A DNA stretch of 64,000 bases, from contig CAVZYA010000002.1 in NCBI GenBank assembly GCA_963779415.1, positions 1,696,001 to 1,760,000 on the forward strand. The letters run 5' to 3'. Below are positions 62,416 through 64,000 of the stretch, one piece after another. This DNA is from an uncultured Acidobacteriota bacterium (GTDB lineage: Bacteria > Acidobacteriota > Thermoanaerobaculia > UBA5066). Under the pieces are notes generated by a model. It was not told the DNA's origin. It did no database searches and was given only the letters and a program-made list of their open reading frames with translations. Within the stretch, counting starts at the first letter, position 1; each line of letters starts with the position of its first letter. Position numbers and translations under genes: made by a program.

Positions 62416-63997
62416 TCAGGCCGGCGGATACCCCGTGATCGCACGAATCTCTTCGTAGAGCGGCTTGAGCCGCGCGTACATCTGGCGGTAGACGCGCGTG
62501 TAGAGCTCCTCGTAGAGGGCGGAGGTGACGGGGTCGGGCGTGGAAGACGCGGCCGATGCGCGTCATCGCTCGCGACGGCGGTCTCGAAATCCGGGTGGAG
62601 CCCGAGGCCGACGGCGGCGTCGATGGCCGCGCCCAGCCCCGAGGCCTCGTAGATGTGGGGCCGGCCGACCGGCAGCCCGAAGACGTCGGCCGTGATCTGC
62701 ATCGCGGCATCGCTCTGCGAGCCGCCGCCCGCCACGCGCAGCTCGGTGATGGACACGCCGGCTTCGCTGCTCCGCACGCGCTCCTTCCCTCGCGGAGCGC
62801 GTAGGCGAGCCCTTCGAGGATGGCGCGGTAGAGATGCGCGCGCGTGTGGACGTCGCCGAAGCCGATGATGGCGCCTTTCGCTTCGGGGCCGGGCACGCTT
62901 GACGCCGGGCGACCAGTAGGGCTGCAGGACGAGGCCCATCGAACCGGGCGGAACGCTGTCGAACCAGCTCGTCGAAGAGGCTCTCCGGCTCGATCCCCCT
63001 CTCTCGCGCGACCGCCGTCCTCGCGATGGCCGAACTCGCTCGCTTGAACCAGCTCACCATCCAGTAGCCGCGAAAGATCTGGATCTCGAGGCTGTAGGCG
63101 CCGGGCACGGCGGCGGGATAGGGCGGGAAGAGCGGGTAGCGGCTTCGACGTACCGCCGGTGCGTCGTGTTGATGGTGGCGGTCGTGCCGTAGCTCAGGCA
63201 GCCGATGTGCGGCGAGAGGCAGCCGGAGCCGAGCACCTCGCAGGCTTTGTCCGCGGCGGCGGCGATCACCGGAAGGCCGGCCGGGAAGCCCGGTGGCTGC
63301 GGCGGCCTCCGCGCGTGATCTCGCCGAGGGGCTGGCCGGGCGGCACGAGTTCGGGGAGCAGGCCCGGGTCGACCGGGACGGCCTTCCACTTCCAGTCGCC
63401 CGCGCGGGCCCACGTGAGCTTCCTTGTAGTCGAAGGGGAGATAGCCGACCTGGCAGCCGACGGAATCGACGAAGCGCCGGTGAGCCGGTGCGTGAGATAG
63501 CCGGAGAGGAAGAGGATATTTGTGGGTCTGCTCCCAGATCCCGGGCTGGTGCCGCCGGATCCAGTTGGCCTCGGCTTCGGCCTGGAAGTAGCGCGACCGT
63601 CGCGGGACATGCCGATCGCCCGGAAGAGCGAGCCCCCAGAGGCCGCCGAGAGGCGCGGCACGTCTTCGGCGCGACGCTGATCGAGCCAGAGGATGGCGGG
63701 GCGGAGGGCGTTCCCCTCACGGTCGACGTTGACCATCGTGGCGCGCTGGGTCGTGAGGGCGACGCCGGCGAGGTCCCGGGCCGCACGACACCCGCGGACC
63801 AGAGCGCGCGGCACGCATCGACGATCGACTCCCAGTAGATCTCGGGGTCGCTGTTCGGCCCAGCCCGGATGCGGCGAGAAATACGGGATAGAACGGCACG
63901 CGCGCCTTGGCGATGAGGTTTCCCGCCGGATCGAAGACGAGGGCACGGACGCTCTGGGTTCCGGCGTCGAGCGCGAGGATCAGCTCGACGCTCCCAT
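62416..63997 (-). CDS. FGGY-family carbohydrate kinase (multiply frameshifted; start uncertain)
   Basis: [62 protein letters not shown] across frames. Confidence 0.82.
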
Positions 63998-64000
63998 ACT

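Overview
High-GC bacterial chromosomal window from a diderm. The gene style resembles Acidobacteriota (Thermoanaerobaculia-like), which is inference only. Many otherwise intact genes carry single-base frameshifts (ggt, ccmC/E/F, ggs-like, ybaK, kdpA/B/C/D, lpdA, FGGY kinase), most likely long-read assembly errors. In order, the window holds an mlaEFD lipid transporter, plsC-cfa-mrp, a Ski2/HelY-like helicase and a methyltransferase. Next come a BrnT-type toxin-antitoxin pair bracketed by a 74-bp duplication of the ggt 3' end, a lower-GC islet with an MBL-fold hydrolase, and a ccmABCDEF operon whose CcmE has the CxxxY motif (System I*). These are followed by a membrane/helical-repeat Ser/Thr kinase, VapBC, and a DUF692 (MNIO) RiPP cluster whose precursor has a twin-arginine-like signal and four CAGxNxCKGxGGC repeats (12 Cys). 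The rest is a large compatible-solute locus (fructokinase, SPS-SPP, sucrose synthase, glucosidase; MpgP/GpgP, Ggs-like, channel-like protein, GpgS), aceK directly upstream of icd, a NarL-type two-component system, a kdp locus with split KdpD, a porin and two micropeptides, then lpdA and an FGGY kinase. The strongest candidates for something new are the Tat-type 12-Cys MNIO RiPP system and the integrase-less toxin-antitoxin cassette at the ggt 3' end. No rRNA, tRNA, CRISPR array or transposase was recognised.
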